NCBI GenBank assembly: GCA_036565085.1
Contig: DATCNU010000027.1
Location: forward strand, 2,846 to 66,845
Length of the DNA stretch: 64,000 bases
From: Arthrobacter sp.
GTDB lineage: Bacteria > Actinomycetota > Actinomycetes > Actinomycetales > Micrococcaceae
Direction: 5' to 3'
In this document: one piece after another, positions 17,658 through 27,660 of the stretch
How positions within the stretch are numbered: position 1 is the stretch's first letter
How the letters are laid out: each line of letters begins with the position of its first letter
The notes under the pieces: generated by a model
The model's database searches: none
The model's input: the letters and a program-made list of their open reading frames with translations, nothing else
What the model was told of the DNA's origin: nothing
Program-made: the position numbers and the translations under genes

Positions 17658-19265
17658 ATGCCCACAGACCGAAGCACGACCGACTCTTCAGCAGGCGTTA
17701 ACAGCGCCAGCGGAACCAACAACGTGGCAGGACCTGCCACATCAACAAATATGAGGAAACCCAAGCTCCTCGCACGGCGCCGGCTCAAAGAGTCCGACGT
17801 CAACGTCGTCGACCAGCCCATGCTCAAAAAAGCCCTCGGCGGAACCATCGTGGGCAACACCATGGAGTGGTTCGACGTCGGCGTGTTCGGCTACCTGATC
17901 ACCACCATGGGACCCGTCTTCCTTCCGGAGGCCGACAAGTCCGTCCAGACGCTGTTCCTGCTGGGAACATTCGCCGCCACCTTCATTGCCCGCCCGCTCG
18001 GCGGCGTCGTGTTCGGCTGGCTCGGCGACAAGATCGGGCGGCAGAAGGTACTCGCCACAACACTGATGATCATGGCAGCGAGCACGTTCGCCGTCGGGCT
18101 GTTGCCCGGTTACGCGCAGATCGGCATCTGGGCCGCAGCGCTGCTGGTAATCCTGAAGCTCGTGCAGGGCTTCTCCACCGGCGGCGAGTACGCCGGCGCC
18201 ACCACGTTCGTGAGCGAATATGCTCCCGATAAGCGCCGCGGATTCTTTGCAAGCTTCCTGGATCTCGGCAGCTACCTTGGCTTTGCCCTGGGCGCCGCCC
18301 TGGTTTCTGTCCTGCAGTTGACCCTTGGCCAGACCGCCATGGAGGAATGGGCCTGGCGCATTCCTTTCCTGGTTGCAGGTCCCCTGGGCCTCATCGCCAT
18401 TTACTTCCGGAACAAGATCGAGGAGTCCCCCCAGTTCCAGGCCACTCTCGATGCCCAGGAATCCATCGGGCAGGACGCCGCAGCAGCTGACGTTGACGCC
18501 GCAAAGGGACCGTTCGAAATCGTCAAGGCTTACTGGCGCTCACTCATCGTGGCCATGATCCTTGTCGCCGCTGCGAACACCGCCGGCTACGCGCTGACGT
18601 CCTATATGCCGACGTACCTCACCGAGTCCAAGGGCTACGATCCCGTCCACGGGACGCTCCTGACCATCCCGGTGCTGGTCATCATGAGCCTTTGCATCCC
18701 CTTAACCGGGAAGCTGTCTGACCGGATCGGCCGCCGTCCTGTCTTGTGGATCGGCGCCATCAGCACCGTGGTGCTGGCAACCCCGGCGTTCCTGCTCATC
18801 GGAATCGGCGACGTCTGGTCCACGCTGGCAGGCCTCTCGCTCATCGCCTTCCCGGTGACGTTCTACGTTGCCAACCTCGCCTCGGCCTTGCCTGCCCAGT
18901 TCCCGACAGCCAGCAGGTACGGCGCCATGGGTATTGCCTACAACTTCGCCGTGGCCATCTTCGGAGGCACCACTCCGTTTATCGTGGCCGCCCTGATCAA
19001 GGCTACCGGCAACGACATGATGCCCGCCTACTACCTGATGGGCACCTCCCTGATTGGCGCGGTGGCGATTTACTTCCTCAAGGAATCGGCCCGGCGTCCG
19101 CTGCCCGGATCCATGCCCAGCGTGGCCACCCAGGCGGAGGCCCGCGAACTGGTAGCCACCCAGGATGAGAACCCGCTGATCGACCTGGATGAGATGCCGT
19201 TCGAATCCCAGGACGTCATTACGGCGGCCAACGCCGAAGATGACAGGGTTCCTGCCCCAGTGTAG
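17658..19265 (+). CDS. proP: Proline/glycine betaine MFS transporter
   Basis: GNTMEWFDVG, RPLGGVVFGWLGDKIGR, QGFSTGGEYAGA, WRIPF, LSDRIGRR; AGGAG RBS. Confidence 0.88.
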   Translation: MPTDRSTTDSSAGVNSASGTNNVAGPATSTNMRKPKLLARRRLKESDVNVVDQPMLKKALGGTIVGNTMEWFDVGVFGYLITTMGPVFLPEADKSVQTLFLLGTFAATFIARPLGGVVFGWLGDKIGRQKVLATTLMIMAASTFAVGLLPGYAQIGIWAAALLVILKLVQGFSTGGEYAGATTFVSEYAPDKRRGFFASFLDLGSYLGFALGAALVSVLQLTLGQTAMEEWAWRIPFLVAGPLGLIAIYFRNKIEESPQFQATLDAQESIGQDAAAADVDAAKGPFEIVKAYWRSLIVAMILVAAANTAGYALTSYMPTYLTESKGYDPVHGTLLTIPVLVIMSLCIPLTGKLSDRIGRRPVLWIGAISTVVLATPAFLLIGIGDVWSTLAGLSLIAFPVTFYVANLASALPAQFPTASRYGAMGIAYNFAVAIFGGTTPFIVAALIKATGNDMMPAYYLMGTSLIGAVAIYFLKESARRPLPGSMPSVATQAEARELVATQDENPLIDLDEMPFESQDVITAANAEDDRVPAPV

Positions 19266-19425
19266 CCACGGCCTGTCCGGGTACGTCTTGTAGCCCGCGC
19301 TCATGAGGCCCGTACCGTGCGCCTTCCTTGGGGAGGCACCCGGTGCGGGCCTCGGCTGTGCCAGCTGTGATACCTTCCGTAAGGTCCGGGGTCCGGGGAG
19401 CTGGAAAAGATTGGTGGTGTGACGG

Positions 19426-20511
19426 GTGAAGCCCATGCTGCGGCAGGTCCGCGCCCTTCATCGCCTGGAGCCAGCGAACAATGACCATCTTGCCGCACTC
19501 AGGGTCGCCCTCAGTGTTGCCGTCCCGTCCCTCGTTCTCCTGGCTGCGGGCCGCGCGGACCTCATCATCTACGCAGTCTTCGGCGCCCTTACCGGCTTGT
19601 ACGGCAGGTCCGAACCGCATCAGTTGCGGCTGAGGCATCAGTCGCAGGCCGCTTTGGTGCTGTTGAGCGGAGTAGGCGTTGGCGTCTTCCTGTCCATCAA
19701 CCAGCTGCATTCATGGTGGCTGGTCGGCGTCGAGGCGCTGCTGGCAGGCGCGGGCTCGGTTTTTGCTGACAAGATACGGCTCAAGCCCAACGGTCCGTTC
19801 TTCGGAATCCTGGCCCTGGGTGCCTGCGCCTCCGTTCCCACCGTTGTCCCCTGGTACACGGCACTGCTGATCGCTGCTGCGTCCGCGGGCTTCTCCATGG
19901 CCATAGGTTTCGGCGGATGGGTCCGCGCCAGGAACTGGCGGACCGGAGCCGCCCGCGATGCCATGCCGCTGCGCGGGCCGGGAGGGCGGCTGGCCTTTAT
20001 CCATGCGGCCCGATATGTGCTGGCAGTTGGAACCGCCGGTACCCTGGGTGTGCTCAGCGGAAGCGGCCACCCGCATTGGGCCATGGCGGCCGCGGCCGTC
20101 CCCCTCGCGGGCGCCGACCTGCCCAGCAGCGTCCGCCGCGGCGTCCACCGCATCGTGGGGACGTTCCTGGGGCTGGGGGTCACCGGCGTCATACTTATCC
20201 CCGGCCCGTGGCTGTCCGCCGAAGTCATGGCCGCCCACCACGTCGCCGTGCTGGCCTTCCTGGTCATCCTTTTCCAGTTCACCACCGAGCTGTTCATGAC
20301 GCGGCATTACGGACTTGCCATGGTTTCCTTCACGCCCGTCATCCTCCTCATGACCCAGCTGGCGGCACCGATCGACCCCGGTGTGCTGATCCTGGAGCGC
20401 GGGATGGAGACGCTGGTGGGCGCCCTGGTGGGGATCCTGGTGGTGGTGGCAGTCAGGCGGCGGACGGTGCCGGTGCCCCTATTTGGCCCGCCGCGCCGGG
20501 CCGGTCACTAG
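19426..20511 (+). CDS. FUSC-family membrane protein
   Basis: AALRVALSV, YAVFGA, HPHWAM, HRIVGT, ER-x-x-ETLVG. Confidence 0.8.
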   Translation: MKPMLRQVRALHRLEPANNDHLAALRVALSVAVPSLVLLAAGRADLIIYAVFGALTGLYGRSEPHQLRLRHQSQAALVLLSGVGVGVFLSINQLHSWWLVGVEALLAGAGSVFADKIRLKPNGPFFGILALGACASVPTVVPWYTALLIAAASAGFSMAIGFGGWVRARNWRTGAARDAMPLRGPGGRLAFIHAARYVLAVGTAGTLGVLSGSGHPHWAMAAAAVPLAGADLPSSVRRGVHRIVGTFLGLGVTGVILIPGPWLSAEVMAAHHVAVLAFLVILFQFTTELFMTRHYGLAMVSFTPVILLMTQLAAPIDPGVLILERGMETLVGALVGILVVVAVRRRTVPVPLFGPPRRAGH

Positions 20512-21252
20512 CCTTCCCGGCAGCAGACGGGCAGCCAAGGCAATCGCCTTGTACCGCCTGGACGGGATGGAGACTGCCTTGCCGCGGAGGTTGTCTGCCA
20601 GGCCTTCACGCACAACGCGCTCAGCCTTCAGCCAGGTCCACGACGGCGCCACGGATTTGTCCATGCCCATCCGGTCGTGGAATTCCGTGTGCGTGAAACC
20701 AGGGCATACGGCTGTGACTTTTACGCCCCGCGCCGCGTAAGCCAGGTTGGCCCAGCGGCTGAAGCTGAGCAGCCAGGCTTTGGCTGCGGAGTAGGTTCCG
20801 CGCGGCAGGAACGCCGCCACGCTGGCCACATTGATGATCCGTCCCGAACCACGGGCCAGCATCCCCTGCAGGGCGGCATGGGTGAGTTCCATTGCCGTCT
20901 CAGCGTGCAGCTTCAGGTGCTTTTTCTCCACGGAAATATCGTTGACCTCGAAGTCGTGCAAAAGTCCGACGCCCGCGTTGTTGACCAGGATCCCCACCGG
21001 ACGCTCCGCATCGGAGAGACGGCCGACGACGGCTGCCACACCGGCGTCGTCCGTCAGGTCCGCGGGCAGCACCTCAGCCGTGATTCCATAACGCTGTTCC
21101 AAGTCGGCCGCTGTCGACTCAAGGCGGGACCGGTCGCGGGCCACCAGCACGACATTGTGGCCCTGGCCGGCGAGTTGCCGGGCGAACTCGGCGCCCAGGC
21201 CCGCGCTTGCCCCGGTGATGAGGGCGGTGGTCTTGCTGTCGGTTGGCGTCAT
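20479..21252 (-). CDS. Short-chain dehydrogenase/reductase, probably leaderless
   Basis: TGASAGLG, NNAG, YSAAK; TAGGCT 6 nt before ATG. Confidence 0.92.
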   Translation of the reverse strand: MTPTDSKTTALITGASAGLGAEFARQLAGQGHNVVLVARDRSRLESTAADLEQRYGITAEVLPADLTDDAGVAAVVGRLSDAERPVGILVNNAGVGLLHDFEVNDISVEKKHLKLHAETAMELTHAALQGMLARGSGRIINVASVAAFLPRGTYSAAKAWLLSFSRWANLAYAARGVKVTAVCPGFTHTEFHDRMGMDKSVAPSWTWLKAERVVREGLADNLRGKAVSIPSRRYKAIALAARLLPGRLVTGPARRAK

Positions 21253-21289
21253 GGCCCCAGCCTAGTGCGCGAACAGGCAGAAAATGCCC

Positions 21290-21826
21290 CTAGAGAGGCA
21301 CTTTATGGGCCATAAGTGCGCGTTCGCGCTGGGTGCGCTTGGCGGAGGCCTCAGGGGATGGCCGCACTGGGCGTGGTTCCGTTCGCTGCCTGAGATATTC
21401 CGCGAGAGCGGGCTCGGCCATCTTGAGCTGCGCCGTCGCCTGTTCCTTCGCCGAGTGTATGGGGCAGACCGGCAAATACGCCGGTTCAAGGATGGCCAGG
21501 CGGAACTCGTCAGCTTCCTCCAGTGCGGCGGCCGCCGCCAGACCCATTTCGTGATGGATTGCCGCGTGCTGCACAGTCCGGTGTGATCCGGGGCTGGCGA
21601 TGTGGCGTAGGTGGGCAAGGACCCCGGCATCGAGGTGAATGGCCCGCTGAAGGTTCAGCGCAATGTCAGGACAGGATGCAAGGCGCTGCGCGCGGAGGAG
21701 CAGGTGGAGAAGGGCCGGAAAGTTGGACTGGGTCAGGCAACCGCCAACATCGACGGTGATGTGGCCGGGGTCGAGGTCAACATGGACAATCACACGGAGT
21801 TTGTGATGGGAAAGTTTGTGGCTCAA
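21290..21826 (-). CDS. Hypothetical protein with a STAS-like N-terminal region
   Basis: TTG start after GGAG; VHVDLD..ITVDVGGCL...ALNLQRAIHLDAGVL resembles the STAS pattern; TTGACG-16-TAATGT promoter upstream. Confidence 0.55.
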   Translation of the reverse strand: MSHKLSHHKLRVIVHVDLDPGHITVDVGGCLTQSNFPALLHLLLRAQRLASCPDIALNLQRAIHLDAGVLAHLRHIASPGSHRTVQHAAIHHEMGLAAAAALEEADEFRLAILEPAYLPVCPIHSAKEQATAQLKMAEPALAEYLRQRTEPRPVRPSPEASAKRTQRERALMAHKVPL

Positions 21827-22003
21827 GAGAATCTCCACGAAAAGTACCGGGGGCCGACTGCATAGCCCTCCACCGACTTTACAAAAATGTAGCGCAGGTC
21901 ACAACCTCTGGCGGTCACATTACGGCGCGCCGCCTTGACGTCAACGCAAAAGAAGCCGTCGGCACGCCGGAGGTTTTTTCGTCCCGCGGCCCTAAAATTG
22001 GAT

Positions 22004-22759
22004 ATGGACAAATCCGCGCCCGGTAACGCAATCCGGTCGGAAGCAGCCGTGGCTTCCCAGCTGCAGAACCTTGTTGTCGACAGCCAGGACGTCAACGACT
22101 TCCTCAGGGAACTCTGCGATTATGCTGCCCGCGCCATCTCCGGCTCGATGGAGCTTCCCGTCGTATGCGCAGTGACATTGAGGCGACGCCGCCGTACCAC
22201 CACGGCGGCCTGGAGCGATCAGCAAGCACGCCTCATGGATGAAATCCAGCAGAATTTCGGCGCCGGACCTTGCCTTCACGCCATGAACACCGGCACCACC
22301 GTCCTGGTCCCCGACACCCGAAAGGATACCCGCTGGCCCGAATACGGAGCGGCGATTGCGGGAATGGGCCAGCTCAGTGTCCTGGCGGTTCCCCTCATGC
22401 TCGATGAGGATGCCAAGGCTGCGCTGAATATCTTTGCGCCCGTCGTGAACGCGTTCGATTCCACTGCACTTGAGAGCGCCGAACTCTTCGCGGCCAACGC
22501 CCAAAGCGCCCTCCGCCTGGCAGTGCGCGTTACCACCAGCCAGCAGGTGGCCGCAGACCTCCGGGCGGCCATGGAATCCCGGACCGCGATCGACCTGGCT
22601 GCCGGGATCATCATGGGCCAGAACCGATGCTCGCAAGAGGAAGCCATGGCCATCCTAGTCAAGGCTTCCAGCGGCCGGAACCAGAAGCTGCGGGTGGTGG
22701 CGGAACAGATCGTGGCGTCCATCTCCTCGGCGGCCCCGCCTGTCACGCACTTCGACTAG
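22004..22759 (+). CDS. GAF and ANTAR domain protein
   Basis: DEIQ..GAGPCL, RWPEY, ALNIFA; AMESRTAIDLAAGIIMGQNRCSQEEA...KLRVVA; TAAAAT 5 nt before ATG. Confidence 0.9.
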   Translation: MDKSAPGNAIRSEAAVASQLQNLVVDSQDVNDFLRELCDYAARAISGSMELPVVCAVTLRRRRRTTTAAWSDQQARLMDEIQQNFGAGPCLHAMNTGTTVLVPDTRKDTRWPEYGAAIAGMGQLSVLAVPLMLDEDAKAALNIFAPVVNAFDSTALESAELFAANAQSALRLAVRVTTSQQVAADLRAAMESRTAIDLAAGIIMGQNRCSQEEAMAILVKASSGRNQKLRVVAEQIVASISSAAPPVTHFD

Positions 22760-22798
22760 GACCGCTTGCAGGACCCGCTTCAGGCCGCCGGATAACTC

Positions 22799-23128
22799 TC
22801 AGGCTTCGGGCCAGTCGACGTACTGTTCGTAGCCCTCGTGCTGGCGAAGGTAACCCGCGACGAAGGGGTCGTGCGGGATGATCCGCTTCCCGGATGCCAC
22901 CACGTCGTCCAGGGCAAAGTGGGCCAGCACCTTGGCCAGGCCCTGGCCCTGGAAACCCTCAGCCGTCTCCGCGTGGGTGAAATCCACATGCCCGGGCTTG
23001 TCCAGGAAGAAGGAACGCACCGCGGTCTTGCCCCCAACCTGGAGCTCATAACAATGGTGCTCATCATTTCTGGCAAGTGAGACGTCCGCGTTGAATTTGT
23101 CCTCTGCCGAAATCATGTTGTCAGTCAT
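22799..23128 (-). CDS. Small GNAT acetyltransferase (YjdJ-like)
   Basis: FTHAET..GFQGQGLAKVL...IIPHDPFV; ATGA overlap with the upstream gene. Confidence 0.85.
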   Translation of the reverse strand: MTDNMISAEDKFNADVSLARNDEHHCYELQVGGKTAVRSFFLDKPGHVDFTHAETAEGFQGQGLAKVLAHFALDDVVASGKRIIPHDPFVAGYLRQHEGYEQYVDWPEA

Positions 23129-24519
23129 GGTTCGACACTGGCACTACTTGGCCCTGCTGGCAATGCCCCGCCCCCGGAGCTTTCCGCAACCGTTCCGTGG
23201 ACCCTTCCCGCGCTGCCGCCGGCCTGTTCGTTGCCACCGGCGGACGGCTGAAGGCGTTCCGGCGTCCGGCCCAGGAGCAGCACTGCCAGCATGAAGCATG
23301 CGGCGCCGCCTCCCAGCAGCCCCAGTGTGAGGCCGTTGAAGGCGGCGTCCACCACCGGAACGAAGACGGCGACGGCGGCTGTCACCACCGCAGCGGCGGG
23401 CCGGCCGCGGGTGTGGGCGGACGCCGTCGGACGTTCCTCAAGCCGTCCGAAGATGGCCAGGACGGGCAGCAGAAGCGCGACCACGCCCAGCAGGACCAGT
23501 GGCCGTGCCCACCACCAGGCTGTTGTGCCGCCGGGAGGCTGCGGGATGTCGGTGAGGAGCAGGAGCCCGGACATCGCCGCGAGTAGGGGAAGGTGCCACA
23601 GGTACACGGTCATGGAGCGCCGTCCGGCAACCTGCACCACGGCACGGACCCAGCGGACCGCGGAGACCCAGCCAAGTCCGCGGCGGACCAGCTGAAGCGC
23701 GGCGGCCTGGGACACGGCGAGCAGGAGCAGGCAGAAGTTGGGGGGATTGAGGTTGACCAGCATGTTCCCCCGGTAGAGGCCGAGTCCTGTCACTGCCCCC
23801 AAAAGCAGGTTCGCCCCTGCGACCGTCGCCACAAGGCCGGAACCCGAAAGCCTGGCAAAGTGGCCGTCTGCCATCAGGAAGCCGAGCTGCTGCACGGCGC
23901 ACCACAGGAACACGAGGTTGGCGTAGGCGAGCATCGGGAGCGCGCCGCGCAGGCAATCGACGGTTACCACCACGGCCGCAAGGGCTGCGAGGGTCAGCCA
24001 CGGAGCGCGGGCGTGAAAGCGGTCCAGCAGCGGAATGTTCAGCTGGGTGGAAAGGTAGGCCGCCAGGAACCACAGCGGCATCCCGGCCCCCGTCGTCATG
24101 AGCTGCACCACCTGGCCGTCAACGCCAAGGAGGAGCGCCGCCCAAAGCCCCGCAAACATACTCGCGAGGAGTGCCGCCGCCGGACGTACCAGGCGCAGGA
24201 GCCGGGCCTGTGCGAACTCAAAGCCGGTGCCGCCGCGGGCTTTCAGCCGCCGCCAGGACTGCAGGCCCGTGGTGCCGCCCGTAACGAAGAACAGCGGCAT
24301 CACCATGAAGATCCAGATGACGGGCTCGAACCAGACCTGCTCGGCGAGGGTGTTATCGGTGGTGACGGTGCCATCCGGGTGGAGGACCGGACTCACCATC
24401 ATGCAGTGGGCCACCACTACCAGCGCCAGGCAGAAGAAGCGGACCAGGTCGATGGCGAGGTCGCGCTCATAGCTTTGCCCGCTCCCCTGGCCGGGCCTCT
24501 GTTCCTTCACGCCACTCAT
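23125..24519 (-). CDS. Acyltransferase family 3 membrane protein
   Basis: RDLAIDLVR..LVVVAH, MPLFF, PLWFL, SMTVYLWH; start placed at MSGVKE. Confidence 0.85.
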   Translation of the reverse strand: MSGVKEQRPGQGSGQSYERDLAIDLVRFFCLALVVVAHCMMVSPVLHPDGTVTTDNTLAEQVWFEPVIWIFMVMPLFFVTGGTTGLQSWRRLKARGGTGFEFAQARLLRLVRPAAALLASMFAGLWAALLLGVDGQVVQLMTTGAGMPLWFLAAYLSTQLNIPLLDRFHARAPWLTLAALAAVVVTVDCLRGALPMLAYANLVFLWCAVQQLGFLMADGHFARLSGSGLVATVAGANLLLGAVTGLGLYRGNMLVNLNPPNFCLLLLAVSQAAALQLVRRGLGWVSAVRWVRAVVQVAGRRSMTVYLWHLPLLAAMSGLLLLTDIPQPPGGTTAWWWARPLVLLGVVALLLPVLAIFGRLEERPTASAHTRGRPAAAVVTAAVAVFVPVVDAAFNGLTLGLLGGGAACFMLAVLLLGRTPERLQPSAGGNEQAGGSAGRVHGTVAESSGGGALPAGPSSASVEP

Positions 24520-24641
24520 GTGCGGTCCCTGGAACCTCCGGACGTTGCTGTTTGCTCCATTGTCCGCCCTGAGGGCGCCGACGGACAGGAGGCCGGCGCA
24601 AATGTCAGCCGGCGGTGCCGCCTTCAGAGTGCGGTGCCACC

Positions 24642-25046
24642 TCAGAATGCAATGGCGAGGATTCCCAGTACGACGGCGAGCAGGGGCGTGGTTCCCTGGA
24701 TGGCGGCGGGCCGGAGGTACTTCCTGCCGCCAAGGGCCAGCACCAGGGCAGCCAGGACCATGGACCCGCAGCAGCTGAAGACCAGGGTCCAGCCCACCAC
24801 CGCCGGCATGGAGCCCCTGGCTGCAACCGCCACGCAGCCGATTCCGATGAAGGTTCCTATGGCCAGGAAAAGGTTGTAGAAGCCCTGGTTGTAGGCGAGC
24901 GGCCTGGTGGTGTCGGCGTCGGCCTGGGAGGCCAGGCCGAAACGCTTCCAGGTGGCTGGCCTGGTCCAGGTGAAAGACTCCATGGTGAAGATGTAGACGT
25001 GGAGCAGGGCGGCGGCGAACGCAAACAGGAGGGAGGCCAGGATCAT
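24642..25046 (-). CDS. DUF1304-family membrane protein, probably leaderless
   Basis: ALLHVYIFTMES, NQGFYNLFLA; TAGGAT 6 nt before ATG. Confidence 0.85.
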   Translation of the reverse strand: MILASLLFAFAAALLHVYIFTMESFTWTRPATWKRFGLASQADADTTRPLAYNQGFYNLFLAIGTFIGIGCVAVAARGSMPAVVGWTLVFSCCGSMVLAALVLALGGRKYLRPAAIQGTTPLLAVVLGILAIAF

Positions 25047-25069
25047 GGTTTGATCCTAGCCTCCCTCCC

Positions 25070-25142
25070 CCGGCGTTTTTGTTCAGCTGTGGTGAGCTCA
25101 AAGGCGCCCCCAAGCCGTTTCATCTGGACAGTAACCCGCCGG
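25070..25142. repeat. Degenerate REP-like palindrome (family B, copy 1)
   Basis: GTTCAGCTG...AAAGGCGCCC...CATCTGGAC with outer CCGGCG/CGCCGG; same layout as 27593-27657. Confidence 0.45.
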
Positions 25143-25146
25143 CGCG

Positions 25147-25998
25147 TCAGCGGGTGAGCGTGGCGAGCGTGGCCGTGGCGAACTGCCGGGCCGTGCTGTT
25201 CCAGTGCCGCAGCAGTCCCTGCAGGTTCTCGCCGTCATCCCGGTGCGCGGGCAGCTGTTCCTGGAGCGTGGACAGGACCCCGGTGCGGAGCTCGGTATTG
25301 AAGTTGACCTTACCCACGTTCATGATGGCGGCCTTGACCAGCTCGCCGGCCGGAATGCCCGATGCTCCATGGAGGACAAGGGGCAGGTGCGTCCGCACGG
25401 CGATGTCCTGGAGCACGTCCCAGCGCAGCTGCGGCTCGCCCTTGTACCTGCCGTGCACATTGCCCACAGCCACGGCCAGCAGATCCGCGCCCGTCCGGTT
25501 CACGAAGTCCTCCACTTGGGCTGAGTCCGTGAGGCCTGCCACGGCGGCGCCGGACTGGTCCGCACCGAAGGCGCGGTCCTCGTCGCCCGCCAGGCCGCCC
25601 AGTTCCGCTTCAAGCACGACGCCGGCACCCAGCACGGCGCGCGCCGACCGGACCAGGGCGATGTTCTCTTCATACGGAAGGGACGAGCCGTCGGCGAGGA
25701 CAGAGTCCGCCCCTGCCGCGACGGCGTCGGCCATCATCTTGATATCGGATGCATGGTCCAGCTGCACCGCCACTGGAACGGCGGCGCCATCCGCCAGGCC
25801 CCGGAGCGCTGCGATGAGGCGCATTCCGTTGGCTGTGGCGGCGGTTTTGGGAGCCACCAGCAGGATCACGCCCCGGTTCGCCTCCTCCGCTGCGGCGACA
25901 ACGGCCATGGCGGTGGTGAAGTCGTAGCAGGTGAAAGCGGGGACTGCCGAGCCCTGCAGCAGGGCGAAGGCGACCAGCTGGTCCAGTCGGGTGCGCAT
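25147..25998 (-). CDS. Class II ketose-bisphosphate aldolase family protein
   Basis: QLDH, DGS, EAELG, GNVHG, LHGASG, KVNFNTE; TGATG overlap with gntP. Confidence 0.88.
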   Translation of the reverse strand: MRTRLDQLVAFALLQGSAVPAFTCYDFTTAMAVVAAAEEANRGVILLVAPKTAATANGMRLIAALRGLADGAAVPVAVQLDHASDIKMMADAVAAGADSVLADGSSLPYEENIALVRSARAVLGAGVVLEAELGGLAGDEDRAFGADQSGAAVAGLTDSAQVEDFVNRTGADLLAVAVGNVHGRYKGEPQLRWDVLQDIAVRTHLPLVLHGASGIPAGELVKAAIMNVGKVNFNTELRTGVLSTLQEQLPAHRDDGENLQGLLRHWNSTARQFATATLATLTR

Positions 25999-27464
25999 CA
26001 GACGCCCAGTCCTCCGACCAGGATCCACGCACCGTAGGTCAGGATGAAGCCGGCCACGCCCAGGATGGTGGTGAGCACGGTCCAGGTCTTGAGACCGTCG
26101 GACACGGTGAGGCCGTAGTACCGCACCACGACCCAGAAACCAGCGTCGGTCACGTGGGACAGGCCAAGCGATCCGAAGCCGATGGCGATGACGATCACGG
26201 CGATCTGCGCCGGGCTGTACCCGCCGTTGGCTACGGCGGCGGAGAGCAGGCCGGCGGTAGTCACGATGGCAACGGTGGCAGATCCCTGGGCAGCGCGGAG
26301 GGCCAGGGAGATGATGAAGGCGAGCAGGATCAGGGGCACGCCAAGGGTGTGCAGGGTGTCAGAGAGTGCCGCACCGATGCCGGAGACCTGCAGGACGCTG
26401 CCGAACACACCGCCGGCGGCCACCACCATCAGGATCGAGGCGATGGGAGGCAGGGCACCTTCGAAGATCTCGCCGGTCTCCTTCAGCGACCAGTTGCGTC
26501 GGACGGCCAGCAGGAAGAAGGACAGGCCAACTGCCATGAGCAGTGCGAGGAACGGGTTGCCGACGAATGACGCCACCCCGTACCAGCCGTTGTCCTTGGC
26601 GATGGTGAGGGTGCCCAGGGTGCCCAGGAGGATCTGGACGATCGGTGCGGCGATGAGGAAGATGATCAGGGCCGGGCGGGGCGGGGCAATCGCGAGGGCA
26701 CCGGGACCTTCGTGGCCGACACGAACCAGGGAACCAGAACCGAACTCGTCAACCTGTGCCCTGACGCCCGGCAGGAGCTCATACTCCTTGCGGTTCATGA
26801 TGCTGGCGACCCAGTAGGAGAGGAAGCCGAGCGGGATACAGATCACCAGGGAGATCATCGCTATCAGGCCGATGTCGGCACCAAGGACGCCGGCGCCCGC
26901 AACAATGCCCGGGTGGGGCGGGACGGCCACATGGATGGCGAGCATGATCCCGGCCATGGGCAGGCCGAACTTGATGGGGTGCACGTTGGCGATCTTGGAG
27001 AATGCGTACACGATGGGGACGAGCACGATGATGCCCACCTCGAAGAAGACCGGGATGGCCACCAGGAAGCCGACTGCGGTCAGAGCCACCGCCACGCGCT
27101 TGGCTCCCAGCCTTTCGGTGAAGTGTGCGGCCAGCGACTGGACGCCGCCGGAGACTTCGATCATCCGGCCAAGGATGGCTCCCAGGGCAATCAGCAGGGC
27201 AACCTTGCCCATGGTGCCGCCGACGCCGTTGGACACCACGGTGAAGACGTCCTTGAGCGGGATCTGGGCGGCCACGGCCACCAGGATGCTCACTGTCAGG
27301 AGGGCTACGAAAGCCTGGATCTTGAAACGGATGATCATGAGCAGCAGCAGGGCGACGCCGGCGGCAGCGATGGCCAGCAGCAGCGGGGTTCCCAGCTCCA
27401 CTGCGGGTTTGATGACGGGGGCGTCTGCGGCCCTCACCGCCAGGGTGTTGATCAGGGGGTTCAT
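25998..27464 (-). CDS. GntP-family acid-sugar permease
   Basis: IPVFFEVG, PPHPG, ALRAAQGSATVA, SHVTDAGFW. Confidence 0.9.
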   Translation of the reverse strand: MNPLINTLAVRAADAPVIKPAVELGTPLLLAIAAAGVALLLLMIIRFKIQAFVALLTVSILVAVAAQIPLKDVFTVVSNGVGGTMGKVALLIALGAILGRMIEVSGGVQSLAAHFTERLGAKRVAVALTAVGFLVAIPVFFEVGIIVLVPIVYAFSKIANVHPIKFGLPMAGIMLAIHVAVPPHPGIVAGAGVLGADIGLIAMISLVICIPLGFLSYWVASIMNRKEYELLPGVRAQVDEFGSGSLVRVGHEGPGALAIAPPRPALIIFLIAAPIVQILLGTLGTLTIAKDNGWYGVASFVGNPFLALLMAVGLSFFLLAVRRNWSLKETGEIFEGALPPIASILMVVAAGGVFGSVLQVSGIGAALSDTLHTLGVPLILLAFIISLALRAAQGSATVAIVTTAGLLSAAVANGGYSPAQIAVIVIAIGFGSLGLSHVTDAGFWVVVRYYGLTVSDGLKTWTVLTTILGVAGFILTYGAWILVGGLGV

Positions 27465-27541
27465 GGCAGGTGTCTCCTTTGACAAGCCGGTCTCGGGGAA
27501 GACGGGCAATCGGATGCTGGATTCTGGAGGGACTGGCGGTT

Positions 27542-27581
27542 GGTGCGACGACGGCGGAGGGGGGACCGCCGTCGTCGTACC
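27542..27581. terminator. Intercistronic hairpin between the dehydrogenase and gntP
   Basis: GGTGCGACGACGGCGG...CCGCCGTCGTCGTACC. Confidence 0.5.
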
Positions 27582-27592
27582 TCCCGGGAACT

Positions 27593-27657
27593 GGAGTTCT
27601 CGTCCAGATAAAGCGCCCAAAAGGCGCCCAAAGGGGTGTTATCTGGACCGGAACTCC
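27593..27657. repeat. REP-like palindrome (family B, copy 2)
   Basis: GGAGTTC-TC-GTCCAGATAA...AAAGGCGCCC...TTATCTGGAC-CG-GAACTCC. Confidence 0.55.
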
Positions 27658-27660
27658 GGA

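Noticed and set aside
24520-25113. N-terminal 198 aa of the 662-aa ORF 23125-25113 as a fusion
   Set aside because: It overlaps the DUF1304 gene in another frame; the acyltransferase homology starts near ATG 24519
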